Shown here: positions 1-12,842 of the stretch, piece after piece | How the letters are laid out: every line of letters begins with the position of its first letter | How positions within the stretch are numbered: position 1 is the first letter of the stretch | From: Podarcis bocagei | Taxonomy: Eukaryota | Strand: one strand, 5' to 3' | Assembly: GCA_964188305.1 (NCBI GenBank) | Contig: OZ076895.1 | DNA length: 64,000 nt | Program-made: the position numbers and the translations under genes | The notes under the pieces: model-generated | What the model saw: the letters and a program-made list of their open reading frames with translations, nothing else | The model's database searches: none | Told to the model about the DNA's origin: nothing

Positions 1-3000
1 CACCTTTTGCATTAAGAAGATACTGTACTTGAATAAACAGGGCTGTTTTGACTTCCATCTTCTAATTTAATGGAGAAACTTATAGTATCCAGCTGCAAAT
101 GATTAACACACTTCAAACATTTTCCCTCTAAGTGTGATTTCAGAGGAAGTCAGTGTGATTGATAAGCATTTGACCACCTTGATTTTCATATTGCTTACAT
201 TTTGTTAATCCTCACCTTTCTAACAGGGTTGATTAGTAACGGGAGGATTGACAAAATTGGTATGATGTGTATTACTAGACAGAATTATGAGGTTACTCTT
301 ACAGATGTCTATCCAAGCCTCTTGTTTCAGTCAACATTTTTAGCTTAATTATCTCCACATTTTGTGCAATTTGTGTAGCAAGGCAATACCTTTGCATTAC
401 CTACTTCTTATAGCTGAACTTTGCAATCTAGGTGACTTTGGCAATCTCTGTTGTAAACATTGATAGCGAATATTTGTTTGGCTACCGTATTTTTCATAGT
501 TGCAAGAATATCCATGTCCCATAGGACAAAACCCAGTTGTTTAAAAATATACTATTGAGATGTTGCAAAGTAGCCTTTTTATGTTTATCTAGGATGGATA
601 AATATTAGAGTTAGGTTTGGAGTGGTTTTTTTTTGTATTGAACCCTACTGGAATCTTGTACATATGCTAATAAAGGTTTGAGAATCAGAATCTGTTATTG
701 AGATGCCTTATATTTTTAACGGAGTTCAAAAAAGAGCTGCTTTGAATAATGCATCTATATTTATTTTACTTTGTAAAATCCATAATGAATTTTTAAAGCC
801 TTACACTGAGCAGAATGATGTAAGTGGTAAGTGAAGACATTCTGTAAATGGTACAGTCAGATTACATCAGTGACTAACAACTATAGAAAGCCCTCATTCT
901 GTTCAAGTTCACTGAATTTGTCTCATGTTAGCCACCTGCATATGAATGAAAACATTTATCTACATTGTAGCTGCTGGAAAGTTTAGAAATGATTATAGTC
1001 AGTATGGTAGGAATGAGCTGAGCAGATAAGCAGCTTTTGCTGCTGCAGCAGATATACTATATCTGAATCTTGCTGTTAGGATTGCTTTTCAGATCTGTGT
1101 ATATGAATGGTATAGTTTTAAAGGTATTTCTGCATTTGGAAAGTCCAGTGTTTGTAAGCCAGAAATGATTGCCACGTTTGTGTTCAAAGGACATGTATTT
1201 TTGCGGGGGTAGAGAGGGTAGACTTGATTGACAGTCATATAACCCAAAGTAGCTAAAAAGAAACAGCAGCACTATGCATCCTTTATTCATTAGAAATCTG
1301 TAATATGTGTGTACATTGCTGCGAGTGTCCAAAATATGGTGAACTGTGGTGTTTTCAGGTATGAGTCCTGACAATTCCAGATGGCTAACGTTGACAGTGA
1401 TCTAAATGTAATTTGCCAACTTGTGTATATCCAAAACAGCAGTTGGGGCGCTGTCAGTATTTCATAAATTCACTTGGACATTCACACAAACCAGTTGAGA
1501 TTGTCAGAATTCACATGTGGAAGTCAATGTTCACTGTGATGTAGTATTTGTACGAAAGAGTAAACCACGCAAAACAAGATAAAATGGTTCTCCTGCAGAA
1601 CAAGTTAATTGAAAACTGAGTGGTAAAGAATAATAAGCACTTCTATGGATCTTTAAAGAAATGCCTCTGTTGGATTTGTTTCAGATTTGCATTGAATCTG
1701 GGAAGCAGTAAGTAGATATCAGAGGAAAATGTGTGTAGGTTCTCTTTCAACAAATCAGTTTTGCAACTAATTGCCTTTACATTTAAGTTATCGTGAATAC
1801 AAGTAGATTTCAAATTGCAGCTTTTTACTAAGCTGTGAAGTCTTGGAGCCAGAACTTTAAACGAGCCCTTATGCTGTCCTAAAACTCAATCTGCCTTTGG
1901 TGACTAGCCAATGTAAAGTTTGCAGAGTAGGCATGATATACTCAGACCAATAAGTAAACATGCTGCCTCCAATAGTGGCAGGTCTTAAGATCCCAACCCA
2001 ATGCAAAACAAGTTAATAATCAAATATTTCACAGGATTTTCATGTTTAATAGAAGGTGTGCAGTGGGAAACTGTTGTAAAGTAAGAGCAAGGACTTTATT
2101 TATTAGACTTGCCTGTCTTAGATAGTTTGAAAGTGACCAATTTCCTATTATTAATAAACAGAAATCAAGTTGCATGCAAAACCTGAGCTAGCTGTAAAGA
2201 GGTAGTGATAGTTGGACAGCTAGATGAACGAGTCCCATTCTCAATAGATTTTAGCATGTATTCTCTGGTTTCTGTTTTTTCCTGAAGTTAGTTTAAAAGG
2301 GAATTGGTGGTAACTCTTAACAGCAGCTAAACCCCTTTTTGCATATATGTGCTACTAGAAGTTTTGGACTCCCCATGAATATTAAGGGAGAACTTATCTT
2401 TGAATTTTCTGGATCTGCCTTTAAGAGACAGAATTTGTCTCATAGGGAGAATAGATGATCAAACAGATTTGCTGATTAGATCTGTCACACTTTGTTCTGC
2501 CCTTTGTGCAGACCAAATACCAAATTTAACCAAAGTATGGAGCAATTAAGGGCACTTGGTGCCTGATCTCACAGCTTCTGGCACTGAATGGTAGGCAGAG
2601 GCATACGTAGAGACTAGCGAAACTGGCCCCACTGGGGACGCAGGCCCACCCCCCTCCAAAGAACAGTCACCATTGGAGATTGACCGGGAGAGGAAGTGAC
2701 TCTAGACCCCTTTCAGATTCTGCATCACCCAGCAACAGAGGAGAGGGGAGGGAGTCTACTCTGCTGGGAGGCTGGAAGTGCCATTGTTCTCTTCACTTCC
2801 CTCCCTCCCCTGCCACCAAGGCCACCTTTCAGCCAAAGCTAGTGAGTTGGCAAAGCTCAGCAGTTGCAGCAATGAGCTCAAACAACAGTTCTCAGCTAAG
2901 CTTGAACCTCAGCAGTGCTACAGTGCCATTGCACTATGGGCCTGACTGTTGGGGTTTAGAGCTGCTAGGTAAGTAGGATTCAGTAGCTTTGAACTCAAGC

Positions 3001-4479
3001 TGTGAAGTCAAGGGTTTTATTTACCTTTACCTTTCAACAGCGTACAGGAGATTTTGAGTGGGAAGTTGGATTCAAGGAGCCTGTGCGTCATGTTGCACAG
3101 CCTGGAATCAATTCAACTCCTTCTATAATATTTTTAAGCAGTACTACTTACTCTTAGAAACTTTTTCGCCTTTATAGAAGCTTAAAGAGTCCCTGGAAGG
3201 ATGATTAATTAGGATTGCATAATTACTTTTCTAATTAATTCCAGAACCCCCACCCAGAATTCATTTAACTTCAAAGAGCTCAAAGTCCTTGAAAGTTTAT
3301 AGCATCCTGGTGTTGGGGTGGGGGGAGAATTATGGTCTTGGAATGCATTTAAATTGTTGGAGGTCCTGTCGGATCAGATGTTTCCCAAATCTGTTTACCT
3401 CCCCATATACTCTCTGGACATACACTCCACTTCCTCTTCCTCTTGGAGGGCAATAAGCATGTTTCACTGGACTATCAAGTTTGATATTAGCAGAAGTGAA
3501 ATGATGATCAAGCTCACGTTTTATACATTGTCTCTCTCCACCTCTTTATATTGGGACTATGCACATCTCTTCAAGTACTAGGGTTTATATACAAAAACAT
3601 GCAGGTGGGCTCTGTCTAGGAGACTACTGCCTCCCAAAAAGTTGCTGTTGATATCTAGGAGTTCTTGAGAGCAGCATGTTATAGCCTCAGGAAGTTGCAG
3701 TGGATGCAAGGAGTAGGAGGAAAGCAGAGAGGCCATTTTGCGCCATCCACTTGAAAAATGATGCCTTTGGTTCCAAGTGTGTGGTTTTAGGCGTGGGAAC
3801 CATGTTGCCATAGTTTCTTCTCATAATCCCATCAGATCGGGCAGCACACTAGTCATCTGCTAAAAGACATTTGTTGCCTGGAAAGAACTTCCACACTCTG
3901 TTGGAACTGTGACATCACTAGAGGTGTGTGTCTGCTTTTACTGGTCATGTGTTTTCAAGTGTTCTGTTGCTGCCTCTGGTCATTTCTGTTGCTTTATACA
4001 GATGGCTTTCATTTACTAATTACAAGTTCTTCTCCTGTTTATTGTCACAGACAGACATTAATACCCATAATTTTGTTGTTCTTCCTAGGACTGTTATGTT
4101 AGGGGGTCTGATTTGTCTCATGTATCAGAAATCTTCGTATCATCCATGCCTCCAGAAATGTATTGGACTTCCCATTTATCCTTGTTGATTTTTAGATTGG
4201 TGTAAATTGTTGCACCCATGTTACTTCAGAGAGTCAGAGATCAGCCGGGTGAGTGAGAAGCAGGTGGAAGCAGGCTTATTTTGGCATAGAAATATAAAGG
4301 CTTTGCGCCAGACAGAACTGTGTCTGGCAGCAGGGACCATCCTGATTATTACCCGTTTGTTTTTTGTCTAAGGCTCTTCCTTTTTTAAATTTGAAAGCTG
4401 AACACTATGCCAGCAAGATGTGCTACCCCTCCCTGCAAAAAGTGTGATCGCTTCTGTAATGAAAGACAGCAGAGTTGAA

Positions 4480-4602
4480 CATGGGCGTAGCCAGGGGAGG
4501 CAGGGATGGGCAGTTTCCCACCCCCAAATCAATAAAAATCAATAAAAATACATAGTAAACTGAGGTTCTGCCCCCCTAACAAAAGGCCTGGCTATGCCCA
4601 TG
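4480..4602. mobile_element. hAT-type MITE
   Basis: 16-bp TIR CATGGGC(G/A)TAGCCAGG; perfect 8-bp TSD GAGTTGAA at 4472-4479 and 4603-4610. Confidence 0.9.
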
Positions 4603-4682
4603 GAGTTGAACTCTGTATCACTCTTTAGTTTACCCTGCTGTCTTTTTTCTGTTCAGAGGCAGCTATGCACTGCTCTGAAAAT

Positions 4683-4683
<1 letters not shown>

Positions 4684-4724
<41 letters not shown>
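4684..4724. repeat. (GT)20 microsatellite
   Basis: Read directly. Confidence 0.98.
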
Positions 4725-4725
<1 letters not shown>

Positions 4726-4773
4726 TTATTGTAAAACTGTCCACTAAAGAGAGGTACAAATACAGTACAAATA

Positions 4774-4988
4774 CAAAATAAAAAAATTCCTTCCAGTAGC
4801 ACCTTAAAGACCAACTAAGTTAGTTCTTGGTATGAGCTTTCGTGTGCAGGCACACTATTTCAGATACACAGTGTGCATGCACACAAAAGCTCATACCAAG
4901 AACTAACTTAGTTGGTCTTTAAGGTGCTACTGGAAGGAATTTTTTTATTTTGACTATGGCAGACCAACACGGCTACCTATCTGTAACT
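4774..4988. mobile_element. Penelope-like element terminal remnant, inverted (hairpin), with degenerate hammerhead motifs
   Basis: 83-bp inverted arms 4774-4856 and 4870-4952 (2 mismatches); family motifs CCAGTAGCACCTT...GACCAACTAAG and GTGTGCATGCACAC; flanking direct repeat AGTACAAATACA. Confidence 0.8.
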
Positions 4989-4998
4989 AGTACAAATA

Positions 4999-5240
4999 CA
5001 GTGGTACCTTGTGTTATGTACTGTCCCCCTTACGAATGCTGCGGGTTACGCGCTCTGCTAACCCGGAAGTAGATGCCCCTTGTTGCGACCTTTGCCCCGG
5101 GATGCGAGCGGAAGTTGCGCTCTGGCGGCGCGGCAGCAGCGGGAGGCGCCACCAGCGAAAGGGCGCCTCATGTTACGAGCGGTTTCCTGTTACGAATGGA
5201 CCTCTGGAACGGATTAAGTACGTAACACAAGGTACCACTG
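4999..5240. mobile_element. Tc1/mariner (Tigger-like) MITE
   Basis: TA TSD; 24-bp TIR CAGTGGTACCTTGTGTTA(T/C)GTACT; CpG-rich. Confidence 0.9.
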
Positions 5241-7842
5241 TAAAGCAGACAACATAATTGCCCATCAGCTAACATCATAACTGTATCACTGCAGGCCCTA
5301 AAAAAATTGAGTACATTTATCACATGCTGCCGATAGCTGTAGATGCCGTGTAAATGAAGCTTTGTCTGAAATTACAGCTGCCTCTCTTCGTATTTGATAC
5401 CATAACTATTTGTGCTAAGAATGACTTGCTTTGTTAATTTTCGACAGCTTTGCAAGTAGGGAGAATGAAAGCCCTGCAGAAGAAGGCAAACACTTCCATG
5501 TAAAAGTGCACTGACTTGCATGGCCCCATCCTTTGCAGCCTGTTGACTCCAAGGCTGACTATTGAAAGTGGCTCAGGTTGGGATGTGCAAAAACACCGCA
5601 GTGTATCTTCATATGAGCTTTCTTTTGCTGTCTTCCAGCTTCTGGAGCTAGAAATTGGCCAAGTCATTGTGGGAGAGAGGAGCATCTACATTGTGGGGAT
5701 AGCTTAATAATCATTGCCACACGAGGCTGAGGCAATGGTAGCATGCAATCAGAGCTTCACAGAAAAGCAGACTATCAAAGTCAGATTAGAGTGTGGAATT
5801 TAGTGGGTTATATCCAGTGTTCATTGTGAGTTTTAAAGTTGCACAACAAAGGAATGCAGCAGTTGTGCTAGCAGGAACTGGCTTTCCAACAGATTCTGCA
5901 AGCTGTTGCACAAAGTCAGCAACAGCCAGCTTATGCTTTTTCTCTCTTTTTGTGCACAGAATTTAGCTGGTGCAGAACATTTCACCAGTGGAACAAGTAT
6001 ACGTCTGCCTGACTTCAGCTTGTCGCTACAGTGCACACAACCTTTTATGTTGGGTTTTGTGTTTTTGGCACTGAACCTTACACTTTAGCCAGCAACAGTA
6101 CCATTTACTATTGTCTTGTGCCTAGAAATGGAATTAGTTTCCACTAGAAAGCAAATACATCTATCAATGTCTTAATATAATGAAGGGCATTCATTTTCAG
6201 GTTACTGGCAGGGGATGTTTCTTGGATATTACATTTGATTTTTGATTATTATTATTTTGCTTAAATTTCCAGTCTTCAGCAGCATATGCCTGAAAAAACT
6301 CAGATGTTAAATGCTGCATTAGTTCAGTTCTGAGCTGCATTTGTTTATTTATTAAATTTATATCCCCACCCTTCCTCCCAAAGAAGCCCAGAATGGATAC
6401 AAAGCTATTCTTAAGCAGTATATTTCTCTTGCCAAATTCTAATTCTTTTAGTTTGTGTTGGCATACCAGTGGAACAAATGTATCTTTGTCAGATTAGCAG
6501 TGTGGTTTTTTTTGGGGGTGGGGAGCGGGTTGCCTGTAGTAGTCTTTTTATATTGCCATTCAGACTTCTGCAGAAAGGAGTATAATTAGTATGTGCTTAT
6601 ATCTGCCTAAACATAGTGGGTCCTTTGGACTAAAAACTATATGTACTCAGCCCATGTTCTGTAAATCAAAAACAATTGCAACTCAAAAATAGAATAGGTT
6701 TCCCCCTTGGTTGAAAGTGCCAGGTATGGAAAGTAAATATGTCTTGCATTCCCATTTCATTGCTGGGTTTCAAATGTTACTGCAGCAGCATGGGAAGCTA
6801 ACAGAAGGGAGTAGTAACCATTCCTCTCCTCTGATGCAACACTTGGGTCTGAGGGTGGCAGGATTCATAAACTAATCCTTAAAATACTTACACATGAATC
6901 AGATACTTTTCTGAAGTCTGCTCACCAACACTGAGACTCACACAGAACATCCCTCTGGACTTAATTTACCCTTTGTTTTAGAATGCTGTCCTGCGCATTG
7001 ATAGGAAGTAAGGAATTAAGTCATACATTCCGTTGGTTCTGATGTGGAAGATGTTTCCACGTCATTGTACTTTAGTCCCAAAGATTTTCCATAATTGATG
7101 GGTCATCTTAAGCACAAGAACATTAACCAAAGAGTAAAATCTTCCTGTTTTACTATTTTATAAAATAAAATTTTTAAAAATAACTTTTTTGTATTTCCTG
7201 ATCTGCTTTGCCTTCATATTTCTAGCACTTCTGTTTGAAAACATGGTCCAGTTTTGAACAGGTCAATCAAAAAGTGAGCAAATAGTTTGGAGAAGCTGGC
7301 CCAGACTGCTCTCAATAGGATGTCGTATTATCCCCCTTTTCCCTTTCCATGTTATTTTAATTGCTTTATTTGCTTTCCTACCACCTTGAGAGATAGTCAT
7401 ACAGATGGGAGTAATATTTCATGCCCAGTAAACCTGTACTGGGATTTTGAAGCATTTGAATTCAACCAAGGCGGATTGTCACAAATCTCTGCTGTCGTCT
7501 CCCCTGAGTCCTGTGTATACGCTACAGGACAGGAGTGGGTCAGAGTCTGTCCCTTCAACTAAGCAAAGAATGAGAGCATGGTATAGCTTAGGAGTGAGGG
7601 AGCTTCTTGTGTTTTGTTGGGTTTGGGAAGACTGTCACCAGGAAATAATTTGGTCTGGTTTGTAGTGACCCGGAAAGCACATTTGTGGAAATCTGTTCTG
7701 ACCACATCCATCAAGGACTGCCCTCATTGCGTCTTTGATCTTCCACCCAGCTTGCTTGTGTAGGAGAGGGGTCTCACTGGAAAATTGTGAAAGGTATATT
7801 CTGGTTTTGCTGCAGAAGGCTGTTGCATGAAGTTTATCTAAT

Positions 7843-7977
7843 ACAGCAGCGGTGAACCTTTGTCTCTCCAGATCTTGCTGAACTACAGTTCCCATCATCC
7901 ATTGCAAGCATGGTCAGTGGTCAGGGATGATGGGAATTGTAGTTCAACAACATTTGGAGAGCTGAAAGTTCACCACT
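7843..7977. mobile_element. Degenerate palindromic hAT-like MITE (family of 40228)
   Basis: aactacagttcccatcatcc ... ggatgatgggaattgtagtt inverted core. Confidence 0.7.
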
Positions 7978-8595
7978 TAAGGTTCCTTCTAAGCTCCTCT
8001 AAGGAGCTTTAATTCATTTGCAATTCATCCAGTCCCAACAGAATTGTGTATACAAACTCTCCTCCAAACCCAGCTCCACACAGTCAAATCTCCCAGGAAG
8101 TGCTTCTATTGGTTAGACCTCCCTTAAATTTCATCATAACCCATAAGGTGTACCTTTTTAAAATTACACCATCTACATATGAAGTTGGACAGCAGGAACG
8201 CATAGGCGAAGAATATTCTAGTTGGTCACAACACAGTTGTGGAACTACCATTTTCTAAAGATTTGTCAGTCTAAGCCTGTAAAACTTTGGTTGGTTTTAA
8301 AAAGTGGAGACTCTGGGTGTGTTATAATAAATGTGTGGTGTCTTTTAATGGGGTATTTTATTTTGTTACAACTTACCCACCACAAGCCAAGATAAGCCAG
8401 AATAGAACTGAGATAAACATTAAATTCACAATTTCAAAACTTAGCTCTTTTGTTAAAATGACCTTACAAAGTTTAGATTGATACTGTATAAGCAATCAGC
8501 ACTAAACACATTTTTCTTGTAGTTGAAACAAGTGTTTAAAATAACAACTTTCTTATTTTAATAGGCTTCCGTGAGCCAGACGTATTACAGATAGA

Positions 8596-8713
8596 ATGAA
8601 AAAGTTCAAGAGGAGACTTTCCCTAACGTTGCGTGGGAGCCAGACGATTGATGAGTCACTTTCTGAACTGGCCGAGCAAATGACTATTGAAGAAAACAGC
8701 AGTAAAGATAACG
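8596..8713 (+). CDS. CDK17: CDK17 coding exon 1 (MKKFKRRLSLTLRGSQTIDESLSELAEQMTIEENSSKDN)
   Basis: ATG at 8596; acceptor ttttaatag ending 8564 (alternative tacag at 8590); donor G|gtaaaa at 8714. Confidence 0.97.
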
Positions 8714-8877
8714 GTAAAAATAACCGCTTTGCTTAAATTTTATCAAGTATTTATGAAAATGGTATTCTTTTAATGATAAAAGTTACTTGCAGCAAGAGTG
8801 ATGAATTTAAATTGTTTTGATGTTTTAGTTTAGAATAACAAGTGTGTATCTTTACTTTTGGGAAGTAATTGCAAGTA

Positions 8878-9138
8878 CAGTCATACCTCAGGTTACAGAC
8901 GTTTCAGGTTGCGTTTTTTCGGGTTATGGACCCACCAAAACCCGGAAGTACCAGAATGGGTTACTTCCAGGTTTGGAGGGTCGCGCATGCATAGAAGTGG
9001 CAAATCGCACTTTGTGCATGCGCAGAAGCACCGAATCGCAACCTGCGTGTGTGCAGACGTGCCGCTGCGGGTTGTGAACGCTGCGGGTTGCGAACATGCA
9101 TCCCGCATGAATCACGTTTGCAACCCAAGCATCCACTG
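8878..9138. mobile_element. Tc1/mariner (Tigger-like) MITE
   Basis: TA-CAGT...ACTG-TA ends, imperfect TIR, shares AACCCGGAAGTA core with related copies. Confidence 0.8.
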
Positions 9139-9638
9139 TAATATATGTTAAGCTCGAGTTACTACAGATTTGATGGGAATGCTTCAAAAATGCCTTTGTG
9201 TCTAGCCTTGTATCATTAACATATTAAGCTGCAAAAATGTGGTATCATTTCATACTTAACTAGCAGAATTGCCACTTCTGTACTGATCCAATTTACTGCC
9301 TTGTAAATTATGGTATTCAGTATTGTGTTTATAACATTGCTTTCAATTTATTTATTTTTGCAGCTGTGTAAAATATCAGCTGATGCGTTGTTTAGAAAGC
9401 ATAAGCTGAGTTCCCAAACTCATGGCTTCTGAAAAGCACTGAACAGTGTGCATGGCTTGTCCAATAGTGGTGTTTTGTAGTATTAACAGATGAGATTGGT
9501 TGCACAACATCTCATTGATGATCATGTGAATTGGGGCAGCAGGAATTGGTAGTCCAACAATATCGGAAGGGATTCTAGTGTCTTACTGCTAGGAAGATTT
9601 CAGTATTTCAAATTTCTGTGCCAAGGTAATCCAAATTC

Positions 9639-9640
<2 letters not shown>

Positions 9641-9675
<35 letters not shown>
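9641..9675. repeat. (CA)17 microsatellite
   Basis: Read directly. Confidence 0.98.
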
Positions 9676-9676
<1 letters not shown>

Positions 9677-9906
9677 GGAATCCATACATGTTTCCTTAAT
9701 TGATTTATATTTCTTTAAATTGCATAATATGGCAGAAGACTGTCTCTCAGTGGTGCTTTGCATTCGTAAGGTCCCAGATCCCGTTTTTTGTGCAACTGGT
9801 TAACTGGCTTAGAGTGACATGTGCTTGGGATCCTGGCAAGTAACTGTTGATCAATAGCTTAGAAGAAGCAATGATGAAGATAATCTAATAGATTGAGCAA
9901 TATATA

Positions 9907-10494
9907 CAGTGGTACCTCGGGTTGCAAACACCTCGTGTTACAAACACTTTGGGTTAGAGACTCTGCTAACCCGGAAGTAAGGTAAAGGGACCCCTGACCA
10001 TTAGGTCCAGTCGTGACCAACTCTGGGGTTGCGGCACTCATCTCACTTTACAGGCCGAGGGAGCCGGCATTTGTCCGCAGACAGCTTCTGGGTCATGTGG
10101 CCAGCATGACTAAGCCGCTTCTGGCAAACCAGAGCAGTGCACGGAAACGCCGTTTACCTTCCCACCGGAGCGGTCCCTATTTATCTACTTGCACTTTGAC
10201 GTGCTTTCAAACTGCTAGCTTGGCAGGAGCAGGGACCGAGCAAAGGGAGCTCACCCCATTGTGGGGATTCGAACCACCGACCTTCTGATCGGCAAATCCT
10301 AGGCTCTGTGGTTTAACCCACAGCGCCACCTGCATCCCAACCCGGAAGTAGTACCTCGGGTTAAGAACTTTATCTCAGGATGAGAACAGAAATCGCACGG
10401 CGGTGGCAGTGGGAGGCTTCATTAGCTAAAGTGGTACCTCAGGTTAAGAACAGACCTCCAGAACGAATTAAGTTTGTACCTAGAGGTACCACTG
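9907..10494. mobile_element. Tigger-like MITE interrupted by a Sauria SINE
   Basis: TA-CAGTGGTACCTC...GAGGTACCACTG-TA; halves rejoin across the SINE TSD. Confidence 0.9.
9980..10338 (-). mobile_element. Sauria SINE, full length
   Basis: Reverse strand GGGATGCAGGTGGCGCTGTGGGTTAAACC (A box), GGTTCGAATCC (B box), tail GGGGTCCCTTTACCT; 12-bp TSD AACCCGGAAGTA at 9968-9979 and 10339-10350. Confidence 0.92.
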
Positions 10495-10675
10495 TAATTA
10501 TCTTGCTTTAGTTACTCATGGGGAGAAGGTGCTGAAACCCTATTCTGTGACCATTCAAAATTCTACATGGCCCTTTCCCTCCTCTAGATTTGGATACAGG
10601 AATTTATTTGCAAATAAGAGAACAGCTGCTATTCAGCTAGAGGTTTGTTGGAGCCTCTTCTGCTATTGTTCAGTA

Positions 10676-10915
10676 CAGTAGTATCTCGGGTTATAAACTT
10701 AATTCGTTCCAGAGATCCATTCTTAACCGAAACCGTTCTTAACTTGTCATGCGTTTTCGCTAATGGGGCCTCCTGCCGCCGCCGCGCCGCTGGCACGCAA
10801 TTTCCGTTCTCATCCTGGGGCAAAGTCTGTAACCCGAGGTACTAGTTCCAGGTTAGCTGAGTTTGTAACCCGAAGTGTTTGCAACCCAAGGTGTTTGTAA
10901 CCCAAGGTACCACTG
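10676..10915. mobile_element. Tigger-like MITE, inverted relative to the 9907 copy
   Basis: TA TSD, CAGTAGTATCTCGGGTT...AACCCAAGGTACCACTG. Confidence 0.88.
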
Positions 10916-11234
10916 TATAAGAAATAGTTTACCTCTATAGGAGTAGAAGCTGCAGCAAAGAATGTCAACAAAACATCAGCGGTGTTTATGGTTCCCTTAA
11001 TTTCATGCAAATTATTTATTTGAGTAGTGGTCACAATTCCTGTGCATGTGGGAAAGCTATTTGTGATGCGTTATATGGAAAAGGAGAAGTTGCATAAAGG
11101 TGGGCGTGCCTTCTTCAGACCTGAGAATGAGTCAAATTATACAGTTCACTATCCGAAGAACTGTTTCTTAAGGCATGGCTTAACTTCTCAGACTGTATTA
11201 TTCTGATATACATAATATCCTAAGCATTAAGTAT

Positions 11235-11236
<2 letters not shown>

Positions 11237-11266
<30 letters not shown>
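11237..11266. repeat. (GT)15 microsatellite
   Basis: Read directly. Confidence 0.98.
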
Positions 11267-11267
<1 letters not shown>

Positions 11268-12842
11268 CAGAGCAGAATATCCTTCCTTGCTCACACGCTG
11301 TGTTTCCTCTTGCAACAATTCAGAATGAATAATATTGACTTGCCATTACGCAGCCAAATCCTGGCCCACATGTGAGCTTGTCTTGCTGTGTATCCGCCTC
11401 TAAGGAGAGTGAACTCTTATGTTTATTGCTGCTGTATAAAAGGCATTCATGAAGTCATGGCTAGAACTGTCACCTCAGGCCTTCGAGAACAGAACCCTGC
11501 TGCTAACTCTCATTTTTAAGTAACTGTATGTATAGAGAAAGCAAAGCTTTGTGGGAAGAAGGAACAAATAGTAGCAGAAGGGAAGAGAACATTATGTGTG
11601 GGGCGGAAGAGTGTGTAGGAAGGGGGAGGAGCATCGCAAAGTACTGCAAGGAAATCATGAACAAGAGGGGCAAAGGACAGTGTACTCTTGGTCTTGTTTT
11701 TTTAGTCAGATAGGACGTGGAGTAGATTTAACCCTGGCAAATGAGATTCTACATCACTGGTCCTATTGACTATGCAGCCTTTTAAGCCTTTTTCAAGTAT
11801 ACTGTTTATGTTTACACATTTTGGAAGCTTCAAGCTGCACTGACCATCTGGGAAAAGGTGGTGAAGGGAGCAGAGGACAAATTCCATAAATTTTAGGGAT
11901 ATAGCTTACTATTGGCATCTGTCTTTCTCAAGAGACAATGAAGTGCGCCTCCAGGGGTACAGTCAAACCGCTGCTAACAGCACCAAAGTGACCTCCCCAG
12001 GGCACTGGTGCTAAGGCACCAGTAAGGACCAGTTTTGCTATTTCCAGTTTGGCTTGAAGCCTTACTTATAGATCTTGTACTGTTGGCTTCTTCATGGTAA
12101 AGCATGCAACATAAAGCTTGTTGTTGATCCAAAGTCCAACGCGCATATTGTACACAGCTAGATATAAATCCATATGACTACAGTTGAACATCTCACCAGA
12201 GAGTTTCTTTGTCCCTTGGCTGCCAAGCATCTTGCTATATGAAATGCTTCCTGATTCTGTTCCTAAGCAACTGCTTCGTTCTGTATTTAGAGAGTGCACT
12301 TCTGTTTTTCTGGAAGTCATTGTTTATACTGTTTCCATCATCTACAAAGAAACTTAGAGCTGTGTTAATACCTGTCCGTTTACCCTTCTGAGATCTGCCA
12401 CTGTATAATTTAAGGCTCCTGCAAGTCATCTTGAATTGATTTCTCTTAGAGTATCCTAGCTGTTTTCTGAACAGTTGCAAATTGTGGGTAGACATCTCCC
12501 TCATTTAGAAGACCAGAATATCCTGCTGTGGTGAACAGTTGCAAAGGAAAGGCTCTTGACACACAGAAATAAAGCTTATGACCATTCCCTTGATGGCTAG
12601 GTTCCAGAATATGTAAATCTTAATAAACTAGAGATGCTTTGGTGGGATCTGTGGGAAAGTAGTAAAATGATTTCATCATAAGAAGCAGCTCACCAAATAT
12701 CAACAAGGGAGTTAAATATATACCAGTATGCTTGTGGGATTGCCTTAGCCCATATATGCCTATTTAGTCTGCAAAACTGGCACTGTTACAAGTGCTACAA
12801 AATACTCATTGCGCACTTGTAAGAAATTGATCTTTTAGTGTA

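Noticed and set aside
3400-3800. Possible ancient LINE fragment
   Set aside because: Too degenerate to assign a family or boundaries by eye.
1-8564. CDK17 promoter or first exon
   Set aside because: No CpG island or convincing exon here; it probably lies upstream of the window.
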